Origin: Nitrosopumilus maritimus SCM1
GTDB taxonomy: Archaea > Thermoproteota > Nitrososphaeria > Nitrososphaerales > Nitrosopumilaceae
DNA length: 32,000 bases
Reading direction: 5' to 3'
Assembly (NCBI RefSeq): GCF_000018465.1
Contig: NC_010085.1
Coordinates: forward strand, 810,001 to 842,000
Shown: positions 8,620-17,534 of the stretch, one piece after another
Position numbering within the stretch: the first letter of the stretch is position 1
How the letters are laid out: each line of letters starts with the position of its first letter
The notes under the pieces: generated by a model
The model's input: the letters and a program-made list of their open reading frames with translations, nothing else
The model's database searches: none
Told to the model about the DNA's origin: nothing
Program-made: the position numbers and the translations under genes

Positions 8620-9513
8620 TTAAACTGTAATGCCAATCAAAAAACTCAGGACAAACAGTGCACCAGTAATTCTGCTAAACATCAAGGTGGAGGACATGAA
8701 AGGAACTAGTTTTTCAACAGAATCATAAGTCTTTTTCAAACCAAATCCAGATTTTATTACAAGAGGAACGCTAAGAAAGGTAACCAAAGTGATTGTTGGA
8801 AATAGATTCAAAGATACTCCCAAAATTATTACACAATAAGAAACAATAGGAAATATCCAAAATAGTTTTGTTGCCTTTTGCTTGCCAACTGCAATAACTA
8901 ACGTTTTTCTTCCTTTTGACTTGTCAGCATCATGATCAGGAAATGATGCAATGAATAACACTAGAGAAGACAGCGAACCTACCACAATTCCTGCAAGAAT
9001 GGATTCCACAGTAATTTGTCCAGATTGAATGAAGAAAGTACCAAGTACAATCATAGAACCTTTTACTGCAACAAAAAATTCACCTAATCCAGAATCAACA
9101 ATTTTTGTAGAGTAAAAGTAGATGGATAATATTGCAAAACCAAGAATGACTGCAATGATTATTCCATCAGTAATTACAAAATATGCACCAATTGCAGAGC
9201 CTATTACCAAAAATGCAATTCCTGCACGATAAACACTAGATGGTTTGAGTAATCCTTCAGGTAAAACACCTGTTCCACCACTCATCTTTGTTTTTGGGGT
9301 TTTGGCATCTATACCACGTTTAAAATCCCAAAAATCATTTAGCAAATCAACACTAGCATGTAATGCCATAACTCCTGCAAAAGTCAAAAATGCATCAAAC
9401 GGTTCAATGGTTGAATTTTGCCACCAATTTAGAGCAAGACCAACAGATACTGCAATTACTGACGCCAAAAGAAAGCGAATTCGAATAACCCTAAACCATA
9501 CTGAGAGCATCAA
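8620..9513 (-). CDS. UbiA/MenA-family prenyltransferase
   Basis: Multi-TM protein with NDFWDFKRGIDAKTPKT and second Asp motif SFPDHDADKSKGRKTL. Confidence 0.85.
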   Translation of the reverse strand: MMLSVWFRVIRIRFLLASVIAVSVGLALNWWQNSTIEPFDAFLTFAGVMALHASVDLLNDFWDFKRGIDAKTPKTKMSGGTGVLPEGLLKPSSVYRAGIAFLVIGSAIGAYFVITDGIIIAVILGFAILSIYFYSTKIVDSGLGEFFVAVKGSMIVLGTFFIQSGQITVESILAGIVVGSLSSLVLFIASFPDHDADKSKGRKTLVIAVGKQKATKLFWIFPIVSYCVIILGVSLNLFPTITLVTFLSVPLVIKSGFGLKKTYDSVEKLVPFMSSTLMFSRITGALFVLSFLIGITV

Positions 9514-9595
9514 AAATAATACAGTTTTTCAGTATAATATTCATGAGATTGAGCGTTAGATCATTATTTATAAAAAAAATCAACCAAACCTTATC

Positions 9596-9799
9596 ATGAT
9601 TATTGGTAGAATTTTAGAAAATGAAAAGAAAGTAAAATTCGATGAAGAGATTATTTGCACAAATTGCGGTAAAAAAGTACCAGGAGGTCTCCAAACAGGT
9701 GAATCATACTACCAAACACAAGAATTTCAAGTAGAGTTGGAGAATTTTAAGAAAAATTATCTTTGTGGAATTTGCAGAGATAAGAAACGTAGAGACTAA
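9596..9799 (+). CDS. Small zinc-ribbon protein (67 aa)
   Basis: CTNCG ... CGIC double CxxC. Confidence 0.65.
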   Translation: MIIGRILENEKKVKFDEEIICTNCGKKVPGGLQTGESYYQTQEFQVELENFKKNYLCGICRDKKRRD

Positions 9800-9821
9800 A
9801 GTTGTAAAATTTTTGAGAAAA

Positions 9822-10223
9822 TCAGACTAGAGATTCATCACTTACTTCAATAGGTTTTCTACCCATAAATCCAGAGTCTTTTTCATGCCAGAATTTTATT
9901 TCTGTTTCACCATACTTCCAGCACAACCAAACTTCATCATCAAATCGTTTGGAAGGAAAATCTAGCAATCCTTGTTCTATACTTTTTACAACAACTCCAG
10001 TACTCTCAAGAATTTCAACTGCCTCATAAAATTTGGTGATTGCAGAGTTTAGTTGTTGTTTTAAAGTCACATATTCTTCAAAGGAATTAGTTGTAGACAC
10101 ACTCATTTGTAATTGCTGTTCAAGTTTTTTTACTTCATTTTGTTTTGCCAAAGCATATTCGTATTTTTTTATCACATCAGGAAGTGCTTCATTTGCTTCA
10201 TTTGTAGTAAAAAATGAGAACAT
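9822..10223 (-). CDS. DUF2203-family protein
   Basis: FTTNEANEALPDVI N-terminus and GLLDFPSKRFDDEVWLCWKYGETEIKFWHEKDSGFMGRKPI C-terminus; internal ATG at 10223 fits the family better than the track start at 10334. Confidence 0.8.
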   Translation of the reverse strand: MFSFFTTNEANEALPDVIKKYEYALAKQNEVKKLEQQLQMSVSTTNSFEEYVTLKQQLNSAITKFYEAVEILESTGVVVKSIEQGLLDFPSKRFDDEVWLCWKYGETEIKFWHEKDSGFMGRKPIEVSDESLV

Positions 10224-10285
10224 GTAAACTCTGAATGGTTCTGAATTAAAAATCTTAGGTGCAGATTTATTAGTAAAACTACATG

Positions 10286-10573
10286 ATGAAAAACATGAGT
10301 GAAGAACAATTAGAGGCACTAATAGTTCAAACAATCAATGGTGCTGTAGCAACAATTCCAGCATATCTTGACGAGATAAAAGAAAACAAAGAAGTTCTAA
10401 AAGTAGAAGACCCAAAAGAGTTTGTTTATGGAATTGTGATGGGCATGGCATTAGGAATGAGTGGAGCAATACTTAGTGCACAAAAAGAAATGCCAACACC
10501 AGAAGATCAAATCAAAGTGAGAGACATTGTCTACAAACACATACCAGAGATTAGAGAACGGATTTTCAATTGA
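10286..10573 (+). CDS. Conserved hypothetical protein (about 95 aa)
   Basis: Intact ORF, 4-nt overlap with the following gene (10570), so probably co-transcribed. Confidence 0.65.
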   Translation: MKNMSEEQLEALIVQTINGAVATIPAYLDEIKENKEVLKVEDPKEFVYGIVMGMALGMSGAILSAQKEMPTPEDQIKVRDIVYKHIPEIRERIFN

Positions 10574-10974
10574 TAGAATTTAGTGAAAAAGAAACAGAGT
10601 TTCTCAATTCATTAGAGGAGGCTAGAATAGCAACATCACATGAAGACATTCCACATGTAAAGCCAGTATCTTTTGTATTATACAAAAATGCAATTATTGT
10701 TGCAACAGATTATGAAACAAGAACGTACAAGAATCTAAAAACAAATCCAAACACAAGTGTAACAATTGACATTTACAAATCAGGAGGACACAAGGCAATA
10801 GTAATCCAAGGACAGACAGAGATTATAGAAAACGGAAAAGAATTTCAAAAATTTTATGAAATATTCCATGAAAAATTTGAATGGGTTCGACGAGATCCTT
10901 GGAAAGAAAATGAAGCACCATTTCTAAAAATTATCCCCAGTAACAAAAGCAGTTGGGGTCTAAACACAAAATAA
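10570..10974 (+). CDS. Pyridoxamine 5'-phosphate oxidase-like split-barrel flavin/F420-binding protein
   Basis: LEEARIATSHEDIPHVKPVSFVLYKNAIIVATDYETRTYKNLKTNPNTSVTIDI pattern. Confidence 0.8.
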   Translation: MIEFSEKETEFLNSLEEARIATSHEDIPHVKPVSFVLYKNAIIVATDYETRTYKNLKTNPNTSVTIDIYKSGGHKAIVIQGQTEIIENGKEFQKFYEIFHEKFEWVRRDPWKENEAPFLKIIPSNKSSWGLNTK

Positions 10975-11000
10975 TATTCTTTTACAGTTAAGGGAAGATT

Positions 11001-11195
11001 TTATTTTCTTTTACTCTTTAGTTTTTTTGCTCGAGGTTTTGTTCTGAGTAAACGTCCACAGCAAGGACACCACAATCCTTCCCAATCAATGAACAGTTCA
11101 CATTCAGGACATCTCTTTTGTCCCAGATCATATCTACTACCATCAAGACCAGTACTTGTTGCCTTGTATTTCTTACAAGATCCATTACAATGCAC
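11001..11195 (-). CDS. Small Cys-rich putative zinc-binding protein (64 aa)
   Basis: MHCNGSCKKY...KRCPECELFIDWEGLWCPCCGRLLRTKPR; basic C-terminal tail. Confidence 0.7.
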   Translation of the reverse strand: MHCNGSCKKYKATSTGLDGSRYDLGQKRCPECELFIDWEGLWCPCCGRLLRTKPRAKKLKSKRK

Positions 11196-11296
11196 AAAAG
11201 ATTATGAAATGAGATATAGAAAAACAATTTCATTATTTTCAAATGTTGAAGAATTAACACCCCAACAAATAAAGAACACACCCAAAAGAATAGAGC

Positions 11297-11575
11297 ATGT
11301 CAAACAAAATCAAATGTTCACACATCCTTGTTTCAAAACAAAGTGAAGCACTTGCAATAATGGAGAAATTAAAGAGTGGAGAAAAATTTGGAAAATTGGC
11401 AAAAGAACTTTCCATTGATTCAGGAAGTGCCAAAAAAAATGGAAATCTAGGATATTTTACAAAAGGCATGATGGTTAAGCCCTTTGAAGATGCAGCATTC
11501 AAGTTACAAGTTGGAGAGGTATCTGAGCCAATAAAATCAGAGTTCGGATATCATATTATCAAGAGATTCGGATAA
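11297..11575 (+). CDS. Parvulin-type peptidyl-prolyl cis/trans isomerase (PpiC/Pin-like)
   Basis: [61 protein letters not shown]; stand-alone single domain. Confidence 0.93.
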   Translation: MSNKIKCSHILVSKQSEALAIMEKLKSGEKFGKLAKELSIDSGSAKKNGNLGYFTKGMMVKPFEDAAFKLQVGEVSEPIKSEFGYHIIKRFG

Positions 11576-11588
11576 TTTAGTCACAGAT

Positions 11589-11864
11589 ATGGCAGTACTT
11601 ACAGAAAATGCAATAGAAGAAATTTTAGATTATTTAGAAAAATCAATCACAAATCTAGCCAAAGATGCATTTGAGAATTTAGAAGTAAGTGGAGGATTTG
11701 AAGGAACAATAAATTTTCTAGAAAGTCAATTTGAAATCAGATTAGAGAATTTACTTGTGGCAAAAGGTTCCAGTACACATCATTTAGAATCAGGAATGAA
11801 AAATAAAATTATTCAAAGAAAACAAGTAATTATTCAAAACATTACTAAACAATACAAAAATTAG
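11589..11864 (+). CDS. Hypothetical protein (91 aa)
   Basis: Intact ORF directly downstream of the parvulin gene; no recognised domain. Confidence 0.6.
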   Translation: MAVLTENAIEEILDYLEKSITNLAKDAFENLEVSGGFEGTINFLESQFEIRLENLLVAKGSSTHHLESGMKNKIIQRKQVIIQNITKQYKN

Positions 11865-13369
11865 ATAAACGCATCTAATCCTGTCTTTTTAGAAACAACT
11901 TCTTGATTTTTTTCCAATACCTTAGTCATTTTATCACCCATTGCTTTTGATGCAGACATTTTTCGTTTACCAATCCAATAGTATGTCTCATCAATAGTAT
12001 TTTTTGCAATTAGAACAACTAGTTTTCCAGTATCTTTTCTTCCAGTTCTACCTCGTCTTTGAATAAATCTAACAGAGCTAGGAACATTATCATAAAAGAT
12101 AACTTGGTTTACTTCAGCAATATCCAACCCTTCTTCACCAACACGAGTTGCAATTAAAACATCAAAGATACCATCACGAAACTTTTGTACAATTTCAATT
12201 TGCTTTTTTTGTTTTAGGCCGGTTTCACCTGCTTTACCAATCAGAATTCCCGCAGAAACTCCAAGTTCAGTCAATTTACTATGAATTAAATCAACAGAAT
12301 CACGATAGCTTGTAAAAATCAAAGCCTTTCCAGGTACAGATTCTATGATATCTTTTAGTTTAGGAATCTTAGAATGTTCAATTCCCCTAGATTGAGCTTC
12401 TTTTGCAAGATGTACTGCACGAGTAAAATTTGGGTCAACCTCAAAGAGTTCCTTTACTCCTGCACCTTTTTTTGCCTTGGCACGCTCACAGAACTTCAAA
12501 AACGGCGTAATTCCATGTGCCTCTAAGATGTTTAGTGCATAGTGAATTCTAATTGCAGTGAATAGTGGTTTTGCAGAACGTCTATTCTGATTTAATACAA
12601 ATTGTCTAATTCTTAATAGAGCAGAAAGTGATTGTTGTTCAGCTAGTTTGATTCCATTATCACGTAATGTTTGATATCTTTGATCAAGGGCTAATTTCAA
12701 TAATGTTTGAATTGTTTTTAGTTCTGGTGGGAGTTCAACATTTATCCATTCAGTGTTGGTCTCCTGAGTATATGGTTTGACATCAGGACTATTTTCTGTT
12801 CTTTCAGCAACACTTGCAATTTTTAATTTAGTTAAAATTTCAGTTGCCTTGTCTTTTTCACTAGGCAATGTTGCAGTCATTCCAACAATTCTTCCATCAG
12901 AATTAACAAAACGTTCTGCGATTCCAGAATATGCATAATCTCCAACTGTTCTATGTACTTCATCAAATATTATGAGATTAAATTGGTTAGACGAAACAAT
13001 TCCCCTATCCAAATCATTTTTTGCAATTTCAGGAGTGGCGCAAATTACACTGTTATTCCAAAGTTTGGTTCTTTTTTGAATAGTATCCTCACCAGTTATT
13101 AGAGAAATGTCATCTAATGTTAGATTCTCTTTTAGAAATTCATAATGTTGGTTTACAAGTACTCTTGTAGGTGCTAAAAACAATGCACCGCCAGTACCTT
13201 TGGAGAGATATTCCGCAATAACTTGTAATGCAATTGCAGTTTTTCCAAGACCAGTTGGCAAAACTACAATACAATTTTCAGAGATAGCCTGATTTGCAAG
13301 GTTTACTTGGTAATCTCGCTTTTCAATAGAGTCTTTTTTGACATATCTTTTTTCAATAAATTCAGTCAA
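11861..13369 (-). CDS. SF2 helicase of the Hef/FANCM type, helicase part only
   Basis: VVLPTGLGKTAIALQV, IIFDEVHRTVGDYAY, GMTATLP, LIFTSYRDSV, ATRVGEEGLDIAEVNQVIFYDNVPSSVRFIQRRGRTGR; no ERCC4 nuclease motif in 502 aa. Confidence 0.88.
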   Translation of the reverse strand: MTEFIEKRYVKKDSIEKRDYQVNLANQAISENCIVVLPTGLGKTAIALQVIAEYLSKGTGGALFLAPTRVLVNQHYEFLKENLTLDDISLITGEDTIQKRTKLWNNSVICATPEIAKNDLDRGIVSSNQFNLIIFDEVHRTVGDYAYSGIAERFVNSDGRIVGMTATLPSEKDKATEILTKLKIASVAERTENSPDVKPYTQETNTEWINVELPPELKTIQTLLKLALDQRYQTLRDNGIKLAEQQSLSALLRIRQFVLNQNRRSAKPLFTAIRIHYALNILEAHGITPFLKFCERAKAKKGAGVKELFEVDPNFTRAVHLAKEAQSRGIEHSKIPKLKDIIESVPGKALIFTSYRDSVDLIHSKLTELGVSAGILIGKAGETGLKQKKQIEIVQKFRDGIFDVLIATRVGEEGLDIAEVNQVIFYDNVPSSVRFIQRRGRTGRKDTGKLVVLIAKNTIDETYYWIGKRKMSASKAMGDKMTKVLEKNQEVVSKKTGLDAFI

Positions 13370-13465
13370 CGTATAAAGAAAATTTGTAATTTATCGATTT
13401 TATGCTTTCGTGTAGTTAACCATTGACAAATGTATACTCTTTAGTTTCAAATTAACAAAAATTTG

Positions 13466-13486
13466 TGCCTAAGAGAGGCATTTTTT
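13466..13486 (+). terminator. Short hairpin plus T-run, terminator-like
   Basis: TGCCT-AAGAG-AGGCA followed by TTTTTT (13481-13486). Confidence 0.35.
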
Positions 13487-13541
13487 CTAAAAAAATCAAA
13501 AAAACAAGTCCATTTTTATCCCATTATTGCAAGATAAAGTC

Positions 13542-13787
13542 ATGAGTGAGAAAAATCCCAATGAGGAATATTTTCAATCATTGCTAGAGTCATTAAACAA
13601 AGATCCTAATTGGAGAACAGTGGAAGAACAATTAGAAAAATACGAGTTGATCAAAAAAGATCTCACACCAGAACAACAAGCAATAATTTCAGAGATGGGA
13701 AGAGCAATGTTAGCACTTGCAGACTCGCAACCAAAAATTATAATTGACAAATTCTTAGAATTGGTCAAAAATCTCGATAAAAAGTAA
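13542..13787 (+). CDS. Hypothetical protein (81 aa)
   Basis: Intact ORF; ATG at 13542 with TTTTTATC about 26 nt upstream is preferred over TTG at 13527. Confidence 0.6.
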   Translation: MSEKNPNEEYFQSLLESLNKDPNWRTVEEQLEKYELIKKDLTPEQQAIISEMGRAMLALADSQPKIIIDKFLELVKNLDKK

Positions 13788-13810
13788 AAAAGAAAAAATG
13801 AGAAAGAAAA

Positions 13811-13999
13811 CTATTCTAGTTTTTTCTTTGCTCGGTTAATCATAGCAGTCTCCTCTCGAAGATGCTTTTTCAGTAATCGCTCATGTGCTTTTTTGTGAAC
13901 ACTGTAAGCTTTGTTCAAAGATTTCTTGGTCTTTGCTTTTTTTACAGCATTGTTGAATTTTTTGTGAATAGCGTTTACTTCAGCAGTATAACTTGCCAT
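13811..13999 (-). CDS. Small highly basic protein (62 aa) of unknown function
   Basis: MASYTAEVNAIHKKFNNAVKKAKTKKSLNKAYSVHKKAHERLLKKHLREETAMINRAKKKLE; internal ATG at 13999 preceded by GGAG, rather than the track start at 14203. Confidence 0.6.
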   Translation of the reverse strand: MASYTAEVNAIHKKFNNAVKKAKTKKSLNKAYSVHKKAHERLLKKHLREETAMINRAKKKLE

Positions 14000-14120
14000 C
14001 AAATCTCCAGTTTGGAGGAAGTTAAAGAAGTTTGTGTACATGTTGTTCACGAACATATTGATCGCAAAAAAATCAGAATTTAACGTGATCCATATATTGA
14101 ACAGACCAACAGAATTGGTA

Positions 14121-14642
14121 TTGAGTACTTTTGAGAGACCAAACTGGGACGAATATTTTATGCTACAAGCAGAACTTGCTAAGCTACGTTCAAACTGCAT
14201 CACAAGACAAGTTGGAGCAGTAATTGTGAGAAATCACAGACAGTTAGCAACAGGGTACAACGGGACACCTCCGGGAATCAAAAATTGTTTTGATGGAGGT
14301 TGTAAGAGATGCCAATTGAGAATGGAAGGAAAAATAGAATCAGGTGCATCACTTGACAGATGTCTATGTAACCACGCAGAAGCCAATGCAATAATGCATT
14401 GTGCAATACTAGGAATTGAAGCAGGTATAGAAGGAGCAGTTCTGTATACGACATTTGTTCCATGCCTAGAATGCACCAAAATGGCAATAACAATAGGAAT
14501 TAGAAAATTTGTATGCCTTGACTCTTATCCAGAAACAGACTTTGATTTGCTAAAAGAAGCAGGAGTAGAAGTCATACAATTAGATAAAGCAAAAATTGCA
14601 AAATGGGCTCAAGAACTAGTTAACAAATACAATTCTGGATGA
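14121..14642 (+). CDS. dCMP/cytidine deaminase family protein
   Basis: CNHAEANAI and TTFVPCLECTKMAI zinc-binding motifs; TTG start at 14121 with ATATAT (14092-14097) centred 26.5 nt upstream. Confidence 0.88.
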   Translation: MSTFERPNWDEYFMLQAELAKLRSNCITRQVGAVIVRNHRQLATGYNGTPPGIKNCFDGGCKRCQLRMEGKIESGASLDRCLCNHAEANAIMHCAILGIEAGIEGAVLYTTFVPCLECTKMAITIGIRKFVCLDSYPETDFDLLKEAGVEVIQLDKAKIAKWAQELVNKYNSG

Positions 14643-14646
14643 TAAA

Positions 14647-17205
14647 ATGCAAGTCAACATGGAAGAAACTAAAAAAATAGAATCAATGCCGCCATCCATG
14701 TTAGTATCAGCTACATATGATAATAATTCAAAATCAGCAGTTTTAAAATTCTATGAACCAGAATCTCAAAAATTATTTTTGTGGAAAGATGAAATTGGTC
14801 ACAAACCATATTGTTATTCACGATTAGCTCCAGATGAATTAGATTTTCTTCAAGAAAGAGATGATGTTTTAGAAATCAAAACAACTCAAAGATATGATTT
14901 AATCAAAGATAAAGAAATTGACATGTCAAAGATTACAGTAGCAGATCCTCTTGCAATCGGAGGAACTGCAGGAGACAAGAGTATTAGAAATGTAATAGAG
15001 ACATGGGAATCAGACATCAAATATTATGAAAATTATCTATATGATAGAAAACTAATAGTTGGAAAATATTACGAAATCAAAGATGGGAAAATAGTATCAC
15101 ATGATCTTGAGATTTCTGATGAAGTAAAGATTGCTTTGAAGAGTTTGTTGTGGGATAAAGTAGATAGTGAAAGCATGGTAGATGCTGAAGGATTCAAAAA
15201 GTTTGTTTCAGAGTGGGCAGATTTGCTCAATCAACCTATTCCAAAAATAAAACGACTCAGTGTAGATATTGAAGTAGAAGCAGAGATTGGAAGAATTCCC
15301 GACCCAAAAATTGCCGAAAAGAAAGTCACTGCAATTGGATTGAAAGGTTCTGATGGATTTGACCAGATTTTTGTGCTCAAAACAGAGGGAACTGAACAAG
15401 GAACAAACGAATTGGACCAAAATATCAAAGTGACATTTTATGATTTAGACAAAGAAAAAGAGATGATTTATGATGCATTTAAGATAATCAAAGAATTTCC
15501 ATTTGTTGTAACATACAATGGCGATGAATTTGATTTACCATATTTGTACAACAGAGCAGAAAGATTGGGAATAAAGAGTTCAGAGAATCCATTTTACATG
15601 ATGAGGGATTCTGCAACACTCAAACACGGAGTTCATCTTGATTTGTATAGAACGTTTTCAAATAGATCATTTCAAATCTATGCCTTTAGTCAAAAATATA
15701 CAAATTTCTCATTAAATGAAGTTTCAAAGGCACTACTTGGAAAAGAGAAAATAGACTATGGATTAGAGTTTGATCAACTAACACTATACCAAACTGCAAA
15801 CTATTGTTATAATGACGCTCTGTTAACCTATGAACTTACAAGTTTTAACAGCGAATTGTTAATGCAACTACTTGTAATCATTGCAAGAATTGGAAGAATG
15901 CCAATTGACGATATTGCAAGAATGGGAGTATCACAATGGATTCGTAGTCTTTTGTATTATGAACACAGAAAGAGAAATTGTCTAATTCCAAAAAGACAGG
16001 AGCTTGAAAGAAGATCAGAAGGAGTAATGTCAGATGCAGTAATCAAAGATAAAAAATACAGAGGAGGTCTAGTTGTTGAACCAAAAGAAGGAATACATTT
16101 TGATGTAGTAGTAATGGACTTTGCAAGTCTATATCCAAGCATTATCAAGGTTAGAAATCTATCATATGAAACAGTCAGATGTCCACATGAGGATTGTAAG
16201 AGAAATGAAGTTCCAGGAACAAATCACTGGACTTGCTCAAAGAAGAACGGTCTAACATCCATGATTATTGGCTCACTAAGGGATTTGAGGGTAAATTACT
16301 ACAAGAGTTTATCAAAAAAAGAGACGCTAACTGATGAGCAAAGGCAGCAATACACAGTAGTCAGCCAAGCACTCAAGGTAATTCTAAACGCAAGCTATGG
16401 GGTAATGGGAGCTGAAATATTTCCATTGTATTTCCTTCCTGCAGCAGAAGCTACAACTGCAATTGGTAGACATACAATTCTAGAGACTATCAAAAAATGT
16501 GAATCTGCAGGTATTGAAGTTCTTTATGGAGATACAGACTCGTTGTTTATCAAGAATCCAACCAAGGAACAAATCCAAATTGTAATTGATCAAGCAAAAA
16601 AAGATCATGGTGTTGATTTAGAAATTGACAAGACATACAGGTACTGTGTACTTAGTAACAGAAAGAAAAACTATCTTGGAGTTACCAAAGAAGGAAAAGT
16701 AGATGTCAAAGGACTCACAGGAAAAAAATCACACACTCCGCCATTTATCAAAAAATTATTTTATGAATTACTTGATGTTTTATCTAAAGTTCAGACAATA
16801 GAAGATTTCGAGAAAGCAAAAAAAGAGATTTCTGAAAAAATTGCAACCTGTGGCAAAAAAGTAGAGGCAAAAGAGATACCATTAGAAGATTTGACATTTA
16901 ACGTAATGCTTAGTAAAGCTCCATCAGAATACACAAAAACAATTCCACAACACATACGTGCAGCAAAACAACTTGAAACTATACGAGAGATAAAGAAAGG
17001 AGACAGAATTTCTTACATCAAAATTCTAAACAAGCCAGGGGTCAAACCAGTGGAAATGGCAAAAAAAGAGGAAATCGATTCTAAAAAATACATGGAGTTT
17101 ATGGAATCAACACTTGAGCAAATCACATCATCAATGGATTTGGATTTTGATACAATTTTAGGAAAACCAAAACAGACAGGATTAGACGAATTTTTCTGGA
17201 ATTAG
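14647..17205 (+). CDS. polB: Family B DNA polymerase
   Basis: Exo I-like LSVDIEVEAE, DFASLYPSII, KVILNASYGVMG, YGDTDSLFI; 852 aa, no intein. Confidence 0.96.
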   Translation: MQVNMEETKKIESMPPSMLVSATYDNNSKSAVLKFYEPESQKLFLWKDEIGHKPYCYSRLAPDELDFLQERDDVLEIKTTQRYDLIKDKEIDMSKITVADPLAIGGTAGDKSIRNVIETWESDIKYYENYLYDRKLIVGKYYEIKDGKIVSHDLEISDEVKIALKSLLWDKVDSESMVDAEGFKKFVSEWADLLNQPIPKIKRLSVDIEVEAEIGRIPDPKIAEKKVTAIGLKGSDGFDQIFVLKTEGTEQGTNELDQNIKVTFYDLDKEKEMIYDAFKIIKEFPFVVTYNGDEFDLPYLYNRAERLGIKSSENPFYMMRDSATLKHGVHLDLYRTFSNRSFQIYAFSQKYTNFSLNEVSKALLGKEKIDYGLEFDQLTLYQTANYCYNDALLTYELTSFNSELLMQLLVIIARIGRMPIDDIARMGVSQWIRSLLYYEHRKRNCLIPKRQELERRSEGVMSDAVIKDKKYRGGLVVEPKEGIHFDVVVMDFASLYPSIIKVRNLSYETVRCPHEDCKRNEVPGTNHWTCSKKNGLTSMIIGSLRDLRVNYYKSLSKKETLTDEQRQQYTVVSQALKVILNASYGVMGAEIFPLYFLPAAEATTAIGRHTILETIKKCESAGIEVLYGDTDSLFIKNPTKEQIQIVIDQAKKDHGVDLEIDKTYRYCVLSNRKKNYLGVTKEGKVDVKGLTGKKSHTPPFIKKLFYELLDVLSKVQTIEDFEKAKKEISEKIATCGKKVEAKEIPLEDLTFNVMLSKAPSEYTKTIPQHIRAAKQLETIREIKKGDRISYIKILNKPGVKPVEMAKKEEIDSKKYMEFMESTLEQITSSMDLDFDTILGKPKQTGLDEFFWN

Positions 17206-17495
17206 TGAATAAAATGGAAGTTGATGGAACACTACTAACAATTCTAGGAGTAGCTGCAGGAATTTTAATTCTGACTGGATGGGTAGAGCAAATCTACAAG
17301 GGCTACAAGACAAAAAGTCTCAAAGATGTATCAAAATTTTTAATGATATTCATATCAGCAGGTGCAATTTTGTGGTTAATCTATGGAATAATAGTTGAAG
17401 ACGTATTCATCATTGGAACAAATCTAGCTGCAATTGCATTGATGATGATTGTACTAGCTATGAAGAAGACATATGATAAAAAATTAAGAAGTTAA
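17205..17495 (+). CDS. SemiSWEET/PQ-loop (MtN3-like) small membrane transporter
   Basis: Three predicted TM helices: LLTILGVAAGILILTGWVEQIYKGYKTKSLKDVSKFLMIFISAGAILWLIYGIIVEDVFIIGTNLAAIALMMIVLAMK. Confidence 0.75.
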   Translation: MNKMEVDGTLLTILGVAAGILILTGWVEQIYKGYKTKSLKDVSKFLMIFISAGAILWLIYGIIVEDVFIIGTNLAAIALMMIVLAMKKTYDKKLRS

Positions 17496-17534
17496 ATTAA
17501 AGATTAAATACAATACAAGAAGGTTCAAAGAAAG

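Noticed and set aside
9245-9559. Plus-strand ORF of 104 aa antisense to the UbiA-family gene
   Set aside because: Low-complexity, non-domain peptide fully antisense to a convincing prenyltransferase; typical shadow ORF.
11018-11281. Minus-strand 87-aa ORF overlapping the Cys-rich 64-aa gene
   Set aside because: The overlapping frame 11001..11195 has a clear CPEC/CPCC pattern; this one looks like an off-frame shadow.
14234-14493. Minus-strand ORFs over the dCMP deaminase
   Set aside because: Deaminase motifs in the plus frame are decisive.
14647-17205. Possible intein in family B DNA polymerase
   Set aside because: The catalytic motifs DFASLYPSII, KVILNASYGVMG and YGDTDS are uninterrupted and the length (852 aa) is normal.
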